Assembly: GCA_049472335.1 (NCBI GenBank)
Contig: JBLIRO010000008.1
Location: 18,085-82,084 of the forward strand
Length of the DNA stretch: 64,000 nt
DNA from: a bacterium
Lineage (GTDB): Bacteria; SZUA-182; DTGQ01; JAFGSM01
Direction: 5' to 3'
Part shown: positions 1 through 11,082 of the stretch, piece by piece
How the letters are laid out: every line of letters begins with the position of its first letter
Position numbering within the stretch: the stretch's first letter is position 1
Position numbers and translations under genes: made by a program
The notes under the pieces: model-generated
What the model was told of the DNA's origin: nothing
The model's input: the letters and a program-made list of their open reading frames with translations, nothing else
Databases searched by the model: none

Positions 1-14
1 AAAATAAGGATGCC

Positions 15-749
15 ATGCATATATTCAGACTTGCCTGGAATAGATTTTTATTAGGATTTCTGCTTTGTGCAGCCTTTCTGTCTTTTGCCTGCCGGATTTG
101 CGCGGATGGCAAAATAACAGTAACCAAGGAAGATTCCTTTTCTGATTCGAACAATAAAGGCAAGGTTGAGGTTGGTGAAACCATCGAGTATACAATAACC
201 ATTGAGAATATCGGCAATGAAGATGCCTCCAATATAAACCTGGAGGATATCCTCGGACCAAATCTCACCCTGGTGCCCAATTCGGTGGTGGTTGCCAAGG
301 ATGACTTATATAGCTGTGTAGGCAACACTGATCTGGATGTTGATTCAGAGAACGGTATTCTATCCAATGACCTTGACCCGGACAATACTGCACTGGCCGT
401 CACCCTTCTCAACGGTGACACAGATCTGTCCGGACCAACTACCTATGGTGGATCCGTGCAAATGACGGAAGACGGAAGCTTTGTCTATATTCCACCGGGC
501 CCGGGGGGGGATATTGATTTCGATGGGGTCGAGATCGCCGGCCGTAATGAAATCGGCGTTCTGATAAAAGATGCCCAGGGTAAAGTCGATTACAGCCATA
601 CCTCGATACCCAATCCCAAAGGTGCCGGAGGATACGGCATTCGTCTGGAAGACTCAAGTGAAGACATTACCTTTGCGGGAACAGTTGGTTTTGGATCGAT
701 CTCGAATATGAAGATGACAGGGAAGATCCGTAATAACGATCTTGATTAA
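15..749 (+). CDS. Secreted DUF11/Ig-like (Big_9-type) protein, apparently a shortened relic of a larger surface protein
   Basis: Signal-peptide-like N-terminus; DUF11-like 'VEVGETIEYTITIENIGNEDASNINLED'; Big_9-like 'VAKDDLY..GILSNDLDPD..DGSFVYIPP'; then an abrupt switch to a beta-helix-like fragment. Confidence 0.55.
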   Translation: MHIFRLAWNRFLLGFLLCAAFLSFACRICADGKITVTKEDSFSDSNNKGKVEVGETIEYTITIENIGNEDASNINLEDILGPNLTLVPNSVVVAKDDLYSCVGNTDLDVDSENGILSNDLDPDNTALAVTLLNGDTDLSGPTTYGGSVQMTEDGSFVYIPPGPGGDIDFDGVEIAGRNEIGVLIKDAQGKVDYSHTSIPNPKGAGGYGIRLEDSSEDITFAGTVGFGSISNMKMTGKIRNNDLD

Positions 750-759
750 GGAGGAAGTC

Positions 760-1353
760 ATGTCTGATCCATTTATTGCGGAGATCCGGATATTTGCCGG
801 CAATTTTGCGCCTCATGGCTGGGCCTTCTGCAATGGCCAGCTTTTACCTATAGCCCAGAACACAGCGCTGTTTTCACTCATTGGAACCACTTACGGGGGT
901 GACGGAAGGACAACGACCGGACTTCCCAACCTTCAGGGGCGGGTGCCCATGCACCCGGGAAGAGGGCCGGGATTGGCTGACAAGAGGCTAGGGCAAAAGG
1001 GAGGGGTCACAACCGTTACCCTGACAGAGGCCCAGATGCCTCAACATACCCATACACTTCAGGCTACGGAGGAGGAAGTGGACCGCAGGACCCCGAAAGA
1101 ACGTTTTCTGGCCGAGGAAGAACAGGTCTATGGACCGGCAGTAAATCTGGGGAACATGGCCGATGGGGCTTTGACAGCCAATGGTGGAAGCGGGCCGCAT
1201 AATAACATGCAGCCCTATCTGGTCGTAAATTTTATTATTGCACTGGTCGGGATTTACCCGATTTACATGAACATAAACGGGCAAGTTTTGGACTGTATAT
1301 CCCGAAAAGATTATAAGGATGAGCCTGTTAGTCTAATAAGCGGTAAGGAGTAG
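760..1353 (+). CDS. Phage tail-collar domain protein (microcystin-dependent protein MdpB-like)
   Basis: 'MSDPFIAEIRIFAGNFAPHGWAFCNGQLLPIAQNTALFSLIGTTYGGDG..PHNNMQPYLVVNFIIALVGIYP'; AAGGAGG RBS before ATG 760. Confidence 0.9.
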   Translation: MSDPFIAEIRIFAGNFAPHGWAFCNGQLLPIAQNTALFSLIGTTYGGDGRTTTGLPNLQGRVPMHPGRGPGLADKRLGQKGGVTTVTLTEAQMPQHTHTLQATEEEVDRRTPKERFLAEEEQVYGPAVNLGNMADGALTANGGSGPHNNMQPYLVVNFIIALVGIYPIYMNINGQVLDCISRKDYKDEPVSLISGKE

Positions 1354-1361
1354 TGAGAATA

Positions 1362-2101
1362 ATGAGAAGGACCACATATCAAATCATCATAGTGATACTT
1401 ACAGGATTGCTGTTGTCGGGTATTGCATATGGTGATTTTCCCGATTCCCTGAATTTGGGGGATCTTAAACCAGGTCAATGGGTAACCGTCACCTTCAAGT
1501 AACTGTAAATACCGATATTCAGCCGGATGTCACCGATATCAGCAACCAGGCAAAGGTTTTCGGGGATGATTTCACTACCGTGTATTCGGATGATCCGGAT
1601 ACTTCGGAAGAGAACGATCCGACAGAAACCCCGCCTGAACCCATCTTTGCTATAATGCTTGATATGCCGAAGGGCTGGAGGATGATCTCCCTGCCTTTGA
1701 CACCTTATAATGCCAGATTGTCATGGTTGTTTCCTGACGCTGCAGCCTTATATGGTTATAAAAAGGGATTAGGGTATGTCATTGTGAGGCGGGAAGATGA
1801 ATTATAGGTCGGAAGCGGTTATTGGTTATTATTGGACCAAAATCAAAACTGCCTGCTCACCGGCGAACCTGTCTTGTCGTATACCCTCCCGCTTTATGAG
1901 GACGGATGGGCCATGATCGGAGGATGTACGTACCCGGCTCAGGCCTTTTCAGACAACAGCAGCATTATTGTCATCTATGGTTATGTCAAAGGAATGGGAT
2001 ATAATCGTGTACTTCAATCTGAGATTGAACCCGGAAAAGGATACTGGATATTATTTAAAAATGTTACGGATCAGGCTGAATTTAGAGTGATTAAAAAATA
2101 A
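1362..2101 (+). pseudogene. Disrupted secreted protein: DUF11-like segment plus C-terminal GWxMI/GYW domain
   Basis: ATG 1362 gives signal peptide MRRTTYQIIIVILTGLLLSGIAYG. A 1-nt frameshift near 1495 joins 'GQWVTVTF' to 'QVTVNTD'. An in-frame TAG at 1805-1807 interrupts 'EDEL*VGSGYW'. Confidence 0.8.
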
Positions 2102-2221
2102 AAAAGGGGGCGGTTTTATTTTTTTAGTTAAATCCCTCATTATTTAGGTTGAAAAAATCTCAAAGCTTCGTTATACTCTCCTTAAAAAAGCACATTTATC
2201 AAAAAATCACATAAAAATATC

Positions 2222-3703
2222 ATGTATTTAAGAAAAAAGAAAATAATATTTTCCATTTTTATTATCATTATCTTTCTTTATATCTTACTGCTTATCCCGG
2301 AAAAGGAGTTCGTTCCGCCCCCGGCTGCCGGCACAAGCCAGTTCGTATGGAATCGGGATGAATTGTGGGATTCACTCGAAGAACAATTCATACAGGCCAA
2401 GGCTTTGGAAAAGGATGAGCTTAAAACACGAATTGATATTGCATCTGCAGAACTTGAAAAACTCATTGACAGGATTGCAATTGAACCACTGGGACCGGAA
2501 TCCGGAATGTTTGATGAACTGGAAGACCGGTTATTCCGGCTGGCATCCCTGGTTGGGGCGGCTAAAGATGGGCTTACTGACTATATCAGGCTTTTTTCCA
2601 GGATACGGTACGAAGTGAAGAAACAGTCACAAGCCTGGGACATGAATTCCCGGACCGCCCGTCACCGAATATATCGATTGCTTTATGGGGGGCGGGCAGC
2701 AGTTGAAGAGGTGATGTTGCAGGCTCCCCCTGAATTAGTGAAGCAACTTGTCAAGGATCATGACGAGCCCTCGGCGACTCCATACGCTTCCATATTAGGT
2801 GTAATCCTTCATAGCGGCGATATATTGGTGTCCCGGGGAGGAGCCCCTACATCCGCCCTTATTGCCCGGGGGAATGACTATCCTGGCAACTTCTCGCATG
2901 TAGCATTAGTACAGGTGGATGAAAAACTCCATTTGCCTTCTATCGTAGAAGCCCATATTGAAGAGGGTGTGGTTATAAATTCACTGGAAGATTATCTAAC
3001 GGATACCAAGTTGCGGGTAATGATCCTGCGCCTCCGCTCCGACCTCCCTAATCTTAGGGGAAATCCTATGCTTCCGCACCAGGCGGCATCCTATGGGCTT
3101 GAAGAGGCCCGTTCCCGGCATATTCCCTATGATTTTGAAATGGACTTTGACGATCCTGCAAAACAATTTTGTTCGGAAGTAGCATCAGCGTCTTATAAGC
3201 AATTCGGGATTTCTCTTTGGATGGGAATTTCAAATATCTCTTCTACCGGCACTAAAGCATGGCTTGCATCCCTGGGAGTTCGACATTTTACAACCCAGGA
3301 ACCGTCTGATCTTGAATATGATCCCCAATTACGGGTGGTAGCCGAATGGCGTGACCTGGAAACATTGTATATGGACCACATTGACAACGCAGTGCTGGAC
3401 GCAATGCTTGAGGGGGCGGAGAAGGGTGACCGGCTTACTTATTCCTGGTATCTGCTGCCGCTGTCACGCATTATCAAGGGTTATAGTATGATTTTAAACC
3501 TGTTTGGGAGAGCCGGTCCTATACCGGAAGGTATGGGCGCTACAACTGCATTAAGGGTAAGAGATTTTTCCGAAATGCACGGTGCCATAAAAGAAAGGGT
3601 CCTTATTGCGGCAGAGAAATTTAAGGAGCGAAACGGATATATACCTCCTTACTGGGAAATGGTTAAAATGGCCCGGAATGCAAAAGAAGAAGCTGCTGTG
3701 TAG
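2222..3703 (+). CDS. YiiX/YebB-like permuted papain-like (NlpC/P60) amidase with N-terminal membrane anchor
   Basis: 'GDILVSRGG..FSHVAL' (His before Cys) and 'PYDF..QFCSEVA'. Confidence 0.85.
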   Translation: MYLRKKKIIFSIFIIIIFLYILLLIPEKEFVPPPAAGTSQFVWNRDELWDSLEEQFIQAKALEKDELKTRIDIASAELEKLIDRIAIEPLGPESGMFDELEDRLFRLASLVGAAKDGLTDYIRLFSRIRYEVKKQSQAWDMNSRTARHRIYRLLYGGRAAVEEVMLQAPPELVKQLVKDHDEPSATPYASILGVILHSGDILVSRGGAPTSALIARGNDYPGNFSHVALVQVDEKLHLPSIVEAHIEEGVVINSLEDYLTDTKLRVMILRLRSDLPNLRGNPMLPHQAASYGLEEARSRHIPYDFEMDFDDPAKQFCSEVASASYKQFGISLWMGISNISSTGTKAWLASLGVRHFTTQEPSDLEYDPQLRVVAEWRDLETLYMDHIDNAVLDAMLEGAEKGDRLTYSWYLLPLSRIIKGYSMILNLFGRAGPIPEGMGATTALRVRDFSEMHGAIKERVLIAAEKFKERNGYIPPYWEMVKMARNAKEEAAV

Positions 3704-3829
3704 AAGATTCTTATTGATTTTCACAATCATGACCTCTTAATAAACGGCATGGAAATATAATTGGATTATAAAAGAAAAAACGACGAAAATAATAACAGAG
3801 ATGCAAAATAAATTCAGGAAGGAAGAAGA

Positions 3830-6800
3830 ATGGCAGAATTGAAGAACAGGCAAATAAATCTGGAAAATATAGATGCCTTTATCCTTGATATGGACGGAGT
3901 TGTTACAAAGACTGCCCGTGTCCATGCGGCTGTATGGAAGCAAATGTTCGATGAATATCTTCAAGAACGGGCCAGCCAAATGGACCAGGATTTTAAGCCC
4001 TTCGACATCGAAGCCGATTATCTTCCCTATGTGGATGGCAAGCCCCGTTATGACGGGGTAAAGAGTTTTCTTGAGTCACGTAATATCTCAATACCTTACG
4101 GGAATCCGTCTGATCCGCCTGAGAAGAAGACGGTGTGCGGATTGGGAAACCGTAAGAACCGGTACTTTCTGGATCATTTAAAAAAATACGGGGCCGAATC
4201 CTATTCTTCGACTGTGGATTTTATCCATAAGGCAAAGTCCGAAGGTTTTAGGTTTGCCCTGATTTCAGCCAGCAAGAATGTAAAAGAGGTATTAGAGGCG
4301 ACAGATCTGCAGGATATTTTCGACGTTACGGTTAATGGAATCGATGCAGCCGAACTTGCGCTTAAAGGAAAGCCGGAGCCGGATATTTTCCTGGAAGCCG
4401 CCAGGCGGCTTGATGTAAACCCTGAGCGGGCTGTAGTGCTAGAGGATGCGCTCGCTGGAGTCGAGGCAGGCAAAGCGGGTGGTTTTGCATTGGTTATCGG
4501 AATAGACAGGGGAAACCAGAGACCGGAGCTTATGAAACATGGAGCTGATATAGTGGTCAAAGATGTTTCTGATATTCAACTTAATAAAAAGAAGATGACC
4601 GTCCGGATGCCCAGCCTTCCTTCTGCTCTTGGGAAACAGGAGGAGATATTTCAGTATCTGAAAGAGGGAGTGCCTGCTATTTTCCTCGATTATGACGGCA
4701 CATTGACCCCCATTGTCCAGCATCCCAGTGACGCAATCATGCCAGAAAAGACGCGGGAAGTGATCAAATCACTTGCCGAGCACTGGATGGTAGCGATTAT
4801 CAGCGGCCGGGACCTCAATGATGTAAGAAAAATGGTAGGTTTGAATAATATCGTCTATGCCGGAAGCCATGGTTTTGATATTGCGGGTCCGGGAAATACT
4901 TTACGTGGTCAGAAATTGGGGGAAGAGTTTTTACCTGCGCTCGATCAGGCGGAAGCAGAGCTTGAGACGGCAATAAAGGGCATCGGGGGAGCATTTGTCG
5001 AACGCAAACGGTTTGCCATAGCCGTTCACTTCCGGATGGCAGACGAAAAAGATATCCCAGATATTGAGAAGAAAGTAGACGATATTGCAAAGCGCCATTC
5101 TGAATTGAGGAAGTCCACGGGGAAGAAAATCTTCGAGCTTAGGCCGAATATGGACTGGGATAAGGGAAAGGCCCTGCTTTCTTTGCTCGAAAAGATGCAT
5201 ATCAATAGTTCCCGCGTGGTTCCTCTCTATATAGGGGATGATACAACAGACGAGGATGCCTTCCGTGCCATTGCGGATCTGGGCATAGGCATTCTGGTGA
5301 GCGAGGACAATCAGCAAACATATGCGCGGTACGTGATGGAAAATACCTCGGAGGTTGCCTCCTTTCTGGAAATGCTGCTCGATCTCGCTGAAAAAGAAGT
5401 ATCCAAAGGTATCTGGACACTTACCTATGAAGGCTTCGATCCTGAAGGGGAAGGCCTGCGTGAAGCCCTATGCACACTCGGCAACGGGTACTTTGCCACC
5501 CGGGGGGCCGCGCCTGAATCCAAGGCTGACGATATTCACTATCCAGGTACTTACATTGCCGGATGCTATAACCGTCTTGAAAGCAAGGTCGCAGGAAAGA
5601 CAAATGAAAATGAAAGCATAGTAAATATTCCCAATTGGCTGCCGCTTACATTCCGCATCGATGATGGAGACTGGTTTGATGTCCGGGATGTGAACATTCA
5701 GGAATACGACCAGGAACTGGATATGCGAAGAGGGGTGCTAAACAGGACAATCCGGTTTACGGACAAAAAGGGAAGGCAAACAAGGCTGTTCCAGCGCCGT
5801 TTCGCTCACATGGGTTCTCCTCACCTCGCTGGCCTGGAGACTACAATCATGCCTGAAAACTGGCATGGAACCCTTTTTGTGCGCTCCGCGCTGGAAGGAA
5901 GGGTGGAGAATAGCCAGGTAAAACGCTATCAGAAGCTCAATAATAAACACCTGAAACAGATAGGAAATGGTGTTACAGGAAATGAAGTGATCTGGCTCCA
6001 GGTAGAGACAAATCAATCCCATATCCGGATTGCCTTAGCTGCAAGGACTAGGGTTTTTCAGTGTAACCGGTTTGTGGATGTGGAACGGCATACAAACATG
6101 GAGCGAGGGTATATATCCCAGGATCTCAACATTTCCGCTAAAGAAGGGGAACCTGTACGTATTGAAAAGATCGTGGCAATATACAATTCAAGGGACCGGG
6201 CCATATCTGAAAGTGTTATAGGTGCGAGGGAAGAGGTTACCTGGGCCGCCAATTTTATAGATTTGCTTAAAAGCCATATACATAGCTGGGAACATCTATG
6301 GGAGCGCTGTCAGATAAGCGTGGAGTCAGATGGGCGGCGGATGGCTCAAATACTCAACCTGCATATTTTTCATCTTATTCAGACCGTATCCGTACACTCC
6401 ATTGACCTGGATATAGGTGTGCCTCCCCGGGGGCTTCATGGGGAAGCATACAGGGGACTAATCATGTGGGATGACATGTTTATTTTTCCCTTCCTGAACC
6501 TTCGCATCCCTGACATTACCCGGGGTCTTCTTCGGTATCGTTACCGGCGACTTCCGAAAGCGCGCCGGGTGGCAAAGTTGATAGGATATGAGGGAGCGAT
6601 GTTCCCATGGCAAAGCGGCAGCGACGGACGGGAGGAGGCCCAGAAACTGCATCTGAATCCCCAATCGGGTCGCTGGATACCTGACAACTCGAATCTTCAG
6701 AGACATATCAACATCGCTGTTGCATACAACGTATGGAATTATTATCAGGTGACAGGAGATATGGATTTTATGTGTTTCTATGGGGCTGAGACCATTATCG

Positions 6801-7810
6801 AGATTGCCCGATTCTGGGTAAGCCTGGCGCAATACAACAAATCACTGGATCGCTATGAAATACGAAAGGTCATGGGACCGGACGAATTTCATGACGGGTA
6901 TCCTGATGCCGCTGAGCCGGGTATTGATAATAACGCCTACACCAATGTGATGGTTGTATGGGTGCTATGCCGGGCCATGGATGTGCTGGACATGCTGCCT
7001 TATGACCGGAAAAAGGCAATCTGGAATAAACTCGCGCTCAGGAAAGAGGAGTTGGAGCGATGGGATGAGATAAGCCATAAAATGCGCATTGTCTTCCACG
7101 ATGACGGCATAATCAGTCAATTTGAACACTACAATGATCTGAAGGAATTTGATTGGGAAGGCCACAAGGAGAAATACGGAAACATACACCGGCTAGACCG
7201 GATACTGGAGGCAGAGGGAGACACTCCAAACCGATACAAGGTATCGAAACAGGCCGATGTGTTGATGCTTTTCTATCTGCTTTCTGCCGACCAATTGTTC
7301 GAATTATTCGAACGTCTGGGATATCCGTTTGAATATGAAACCATTCCCAAAAATATTGAATACTATGTCCAGCGAACCTCTCATGGTTCGACACTAAGCA
7401 GGATAGTTCATTCCTGGGTGTTGTCACGATCCAAGAGGGATATTTCATGGCACCTGTTTTGTGATGCACTGGAAAGCGATGTATCGGATATTCAGGGTGG
7501 AACCACCCATGAGGGGGTCCATCTGGGCGCTATGGCGGGCACTGTGGATTTGGTTCAAAGATGCTACACCGGTATGGAGACCCGTGGAAACGTGCTTTGG
7601 TTTAATCCTCATCTGCCTGGCAAACTTAAGAAGATAGAGTTTAATATCATCTATCGCAGGCGATTGATAAGTGTAAAAGTGACAAGCGATCTTTTGAGTA
7701 TCAGCTGTCGAAAACAGGATATCGCACCTATACAGATTGGTTTCAGGGACAAAGTAACTGATCTCAAACCCGGTGATACTTTGGAATTCAAGTTGAGCGA
7801 TCATAACTGA
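3830..7810 (+). CDS. otsB: OtsB1-like fusion: beta-phosphoglucomutase-type HAD + trehalose-6-phosphate phosphatase + GH65 phosphorylase/hydrolase
   Basis: HAD 'DMDGVV..GKPEPD..LEDA'; T6PP 'FLDYDGTL..ISGR..YAGSHG..WDKG..YIGDDTTDEDAF'; GH65 'TLGNGYFATRG..RGLHGEAYRG..MGPDEFH..KQADV'. Confidence 0.92.
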   Translation: MAELKNRQINLENIDAFILDMDGVVTKTARVHAAVWKQMFDEYLQERASQMDQDFKPFDIEADYLPYVDGKPRYDGVKSFLESRNISIPYGNPSDPPEKKTVCGLGNRKNRYFLDHLKKYGAESYSSTVDFIHKAKSEGFRFALISASKNVKEVLEATDLQDIFDVTVNGIDAAELALKGKPEPDIFLEAARRLDVNPERAVVLEDALAGVEAGKAGGFALVIGIDRGNQRPELMKHGADIVVKDVSDIQLNKKKMTVRMPSLPSALGKQEEIFQYLKEGVPAIFLDYDGTLTPIVQHPSDAIMPEKTREVIKSLAEHWMVAIISGRDLNDVRKMVGLNNIVYAGSHGFDIAGPGNTLRGQKLGEEFLPALDQAEAELETAIKGIGGAFVERKRFAIAVHFRMADEKDIPDIEKKVDDIAKRHSELRKSTGKKIFELRPNMDWDKGKALLSLLEKMHINSSRVVPLYIGDDTTDEDAFRAIADLGIGILVSEDNQQTYARYVMENTSEVASFLEMLLDLAEKEVSKGIWTLTYEGFDPEGEGLREALCTLGNGYFATRGAAPESKADDIHYPGTYIAGCYNRLESKVAGKTNENESIVNIPNWLPLTFRIDDGDWFDVRDVNIQEYDQELDMRRGVLNRTIRFTDKKGRQTRLFQRRFAHMGSPHLAGLETTIMPENWHGTLFVRSALEGRVENSQVKRYQKLNNKHLKQIGNGVTGNEVIWLQVETNQSHIRIALAARTRVFQCNRFVDVERHTNMERGYISQDLNISAKEGEPVRIEKIVAIYNSRDRAISESVIGAREEVTWAANFIDLLKSHIHSWEHLWERCQISVESDGRRMAQILNLHIFHLIQTVSVHSIDLDIGVPPRGLHGEAYRGLIMWDDMFIFPFLNLRIPDITRGLLRYRYRRLPKARRVAKLIGYEGAMFPWQSGSDGREEAQKLHLNPQSGRWIPDNSNLQRHINIAVAYNVWNYYQVTGDMDFMCFYGAETIIEIARFWVSLAQYNKSLDRYEIRKVMGPDEFHDGYPDAAEPGIDNNAYTNVMVVWVLCRAMDVLDMLPYDRKKAIWNKLALRKEELERWDEISHKMRIVFHDDGIISQFEHYNDLKEFDWEGHKEKYGNIHRLDRILEAEGDTPNRYKVSKQADVLMLFYLLSADQLFELFERLGYPFEYETIPKNIEYYVQRTSHGSTLSRIVHSWVLSRSKRDISWHLFCDALESDVSDIQGGTTHEGVHLGAMAGTVDLVQRCYTGMETRGNVLWFNPHLPGKLKKIEFNIIYRRRLISVKVTSDLLSISCRKQDIAPIQIGFRDKVTDLKPGDTLEFKLSDHN

Positions 7811-7976
7811 CAGCAGTTGACCTTTCAAAAAAGTTATAATTAAGACAAACTGCCAAACAAATATATATTTTTTTGATCTTGTTTGGCTAACATGTTATAA
7901 TATTTGAAGTTCATATTTTTTTGCACATTAAATTTTAAAAATTGAGATAAAAAATTATATCTGATATTAAGGAAGT

Positions 7977-10314
7977 ATGAAATATTTAGTAAAAACAGGC
8001 GTTATTCTTGTAATCCACTTTTTTGTATTATCATTTTCATGTAGTTCATCTTTGGCCCAGTTTGAGGCAACAGGCTCCTTTGTAGGAAATCCGTCTTTTG
8101 AAAACAAACCGCTTCAGGTCCCGTCCTGGCAAGATCAGATAAATGCTGAGGGGGATTTGCTTATCGATAATTTTGAATATTGGGACACCCCTTATAATCA
8201 TGGCTGGAAACAATCGATGCCTTCATACCCTGAATTCGGTTTTGGTATCGGATATACCTCAGTTCTGAATACCGTTCTTGACCTTCAGGAAGGAAGCAGG
8301 GTTTTGGATGTTTTTCGTCCGTCATATATTTATCTGTTGGGTACCAATTATGAAAAACACTCGATTTACTTAGAACTTTATTCACCTCAACCTGCCGGAG
8401 GTTCTTCTCCTGTGCATTATGTCGATCTGGCTGAGTTGCCCGTGCTAAGCTTTAAATTCAAGACACCCTTCAATCTAGAGCCTTGGGAAATGTTTGAATT
8501 TGATGTTTTTTGTTCAAATGCATTGGAACATGAGGTTATCATGAAGATAAAACCCCTGCAGCCCCTTCCTTCATATGAATCAACGGATTGTGATTATAAT
8601 CCAACAGTGATCGAATGTAATGATAATCCATATCGACCATCTATGACGGTTCAGGTCAATATCGGCAGGAACTTTATTGATGGGACATGGCATGTGATAT
8701 GGCTCAATCTGCCTGAGATGGTCAGAATCGCCGTGAATAAATGTAATAAGATAAATGAAACAAACAAAGGCGATTGGCATATAACAAAGGCTGGCAAGAT
8801 TATGATCAGAGGCCGGATGTTTCGGCTGGACAATATTATTTTCAGAAAAGAGGATTATTCCAAATTTTCGAGAAATGTCCGGGTCGATGTGTTTGAGCTT
8901 GGGCCCCTTTATGCACAGATATTCGAACCATACCGCTATCTTTTAATGGCTGATTATATGGCAGACGATGAAATATCCAGTGTAAACGATTTTTTTTTTG
9001 GACCAGAATAATTTCATTTCCGATCCAAACCGAATCAGGGAGAAGTGGATTTCGGATCTTTTAAGGTTTGATCCCAATTATCATCATATCGACCTTCAGC
9101 ATCCTTTGTATGATCCTGATTATACAAAGCGATGGATACCCGGAGATCCTGATTTTGGAAAACCCGATCCGGTTGCCGAGGCTTACTTAAGGAAGGGATT
9201 CTTCATTGACATCACGCTTCCCCTTTTTGCGGATAAAAATTTTAGAATCGGTGGGAACGGGGCAGTCAATCTATGCAGACATGGAAGGCTCGGCTGGAAT
9301 GCCACTATAGGCGGGTTCGGCAGACACGCTATTGATGCCATTTTGGTCAAACCCTTACCCATCGATCCTTATGACGGAATGCCCACTTATATCATGAATC
9401 GACTATCAGCACTTAAATCAATCGAGATCTTTGGAAAGGCACATTTCGGGCCTGAACAGAGTTTCACCCTTGAATCCGCCCTGTGGAATTCAGGTGTAGA
9501 ATTTTGGCCTCATATTGCGTATTTTGATTATACACCACAGTATTTCGAAGATATGACATTGGCGCTGGAAGTCAGAAATCAGAATAAGGTGGAAAAACTG
9601 GTTTTTCCAGTCTCCGTGGTCAATTATCCGGTTGAGAATTATCCTCCTGAAGTGCAATCCAGGATCTTCCCAAGGGTTTTTGAAGTTGGTGAGGAAACCG
9701 AATGCACTATCATATCTCTCGATCCGGACTGTTTTATCTTTTCTATAGCCCAATTTTACGACAAGATACCCGCAACAACTCATCTTCCAATGTTGCCCGG
9801 CAATAAGATCCGAACGGATCAGGACTCTCTTTTTTACCAAATGTACATCGAGGGGACTTATGGCTATCAATTCGGCCCCTGGATCGAATGCGGTGTTGAC
9901 TCCCAAAGCGGTGTAGGCCGGTTGATCCCCAGATTTGAAGGTGTGCTCCGAACGGTAACCATATGTACGGACCCTTTTGGGGCTTTGGATGTTGGCAGAA
10001 GGAACATTCATTGTGTGAATCCGGGAACATGGTTCAATCACCCCCCAGTAGTTATTTTGTTGCCAAATCCAAGAGTAATAAGGGCAGGGGAGGAAATTGT
10101 CCTGAATGCCAGAGCTGAGGACCCCGACGGGGATGAGGTCTATGCCTCCTGTAATTTCGGTTCCATAGGGCAGGTGGCTAATGGGGATACAATTTGGACA
10201 TTTCAAACCAATTTCCCTGGAATATATACCCTTGAAATCGTCTTTTTTGATATCCGGGGTGGATATGCATCGGTTACAACATCCATTGAGGTCGTTCCAT
10301 GGTGGTCCTACTAG
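7977..10314 (+). pseudogene. Large secreted protein of unknown function, split by a frameshift in a T10 tract
   Basis: ORFs 7977-9011 and 8998-10314 overlap at T10 (8990-8999). T9 would give one ORF reading '..SSVNDFFLDQNNF..'. Signal peptide is on the first part; Ig-like C-terminus 'NHPPV..EDPDGD' is on the second. Confidence 0.7.
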
Positions 10315-10385
10315 AAGGTAGAAAAAGAAATCTAAAGGAGTCGCCCTGAATGTTAATAAGACGACTCCTATAATTAAAATTAAAT

Positions 10386-10949
10386 TTAGATTGGAGGCAA
10401 TCCCCAAACTTCGGCCGGAGTCAAAAAGCTGCTAAAGGAAAATCCAAACAGGGAGGGCGGATATATTATTGAATACGTGGTATTAGCCGAATTAAAGTAG
10501 GGGCCAAAAATATCTATTTCTGTGGGTGGCAACGATTCAAAACCCAATGGTAGAGTAATTGGTGCGGGAGCACCTGTTAAAGGATCAGTCAAAGAAGACG
10601 GGGGCCAGGAATTAAATCCATAGTACGGGGCAAAATAGGTAAGACCGCCTCCTAAAATAGACGGGATATTGTAAAGAAGCCATGGAAATTCTCTTGCAGG
10701 GTCCCAAACCATAACAGGTTGCACCGGAAGTGTTGTATCACTGGTAAGTGAAGTAAGCAGAGGAGTACTAACACCAGTGATTGGATTGACTGGTGACAAA
10801 GCCGGAGACCAAAGTGGCCACAGGAGGTTATACGGTGGTATCGCTCCCCAGTATTGGGCATGAGATGACGGAATGCAAATTAAAAATATTGCTGACAGGG
10901 TGATAAGACAAAAGATAAACAACTTTGGTTTATTTTTTCCCAACAACAT
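10386..10949 (-). CDS. Secreted Pro/Leu/aromatic-rich hypothetical protein
   Basis: AAGGAG RBS about 8 nt before ATG 10949; signal peptide ending SHA-Q; mature 'QYWGAIPPYNLLWPLWSPALSP..'. Confidence 0.75.
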   Translation of the reverse strand: MLLGKNKPKLFIFCLITLSAIFLICIPSSHAQYWGAIPPYNLLWPLWSPALSPVNPITGVSTPLLTSLTSDTTLPVQPVMVWDPAREFPWLLYNIPSILGGGLTYFAPYYGFNSWPPSSLTDPLTGAPAPITLPLGFESLPPTEIDIFGPYFNSANTTYSIIYPPSLFGFSFSSFLTPAEVWGLPPI

Positions 10950-11066
10950 TACATTCACTCCTTCTTATTCTTTAAAATCACAATTAAAAGAGTAAAATTA
11001 TAAATTTGTGCAATCACATCCCCCTTTCTTTTCATCTTGCTAATTTTCGATATAAATCTCTAATTA

Positions 11067-11082
11067 AGCAAAGCTGATACCT
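11067..11082 (-). promoter_or_regulatory. Putative sigma54 -24/-12 promoter
   Basis: AGGTATCAGCTTTGCT (GG-N10-GC) upstream of gene 10949. Confidence 0.5.

Noticed and set aside
760..1353. Prophage
   Set aside because: Lone tail-collar gene with no capsid, terminase, portal or integrase.
1805..1807. Stop-codon recoding or pyrrolysine at the in-frame TAG
   Set aside because: The same gene also has a frameshift, TAG ends other genes normally (3703, 10314, 34376), and no pyl genes are in the window.
9490..10407. 305-aa minus-strand ORF
   Set aside because: Antisense shadow of 8998-10314 with no recognisable motifs.
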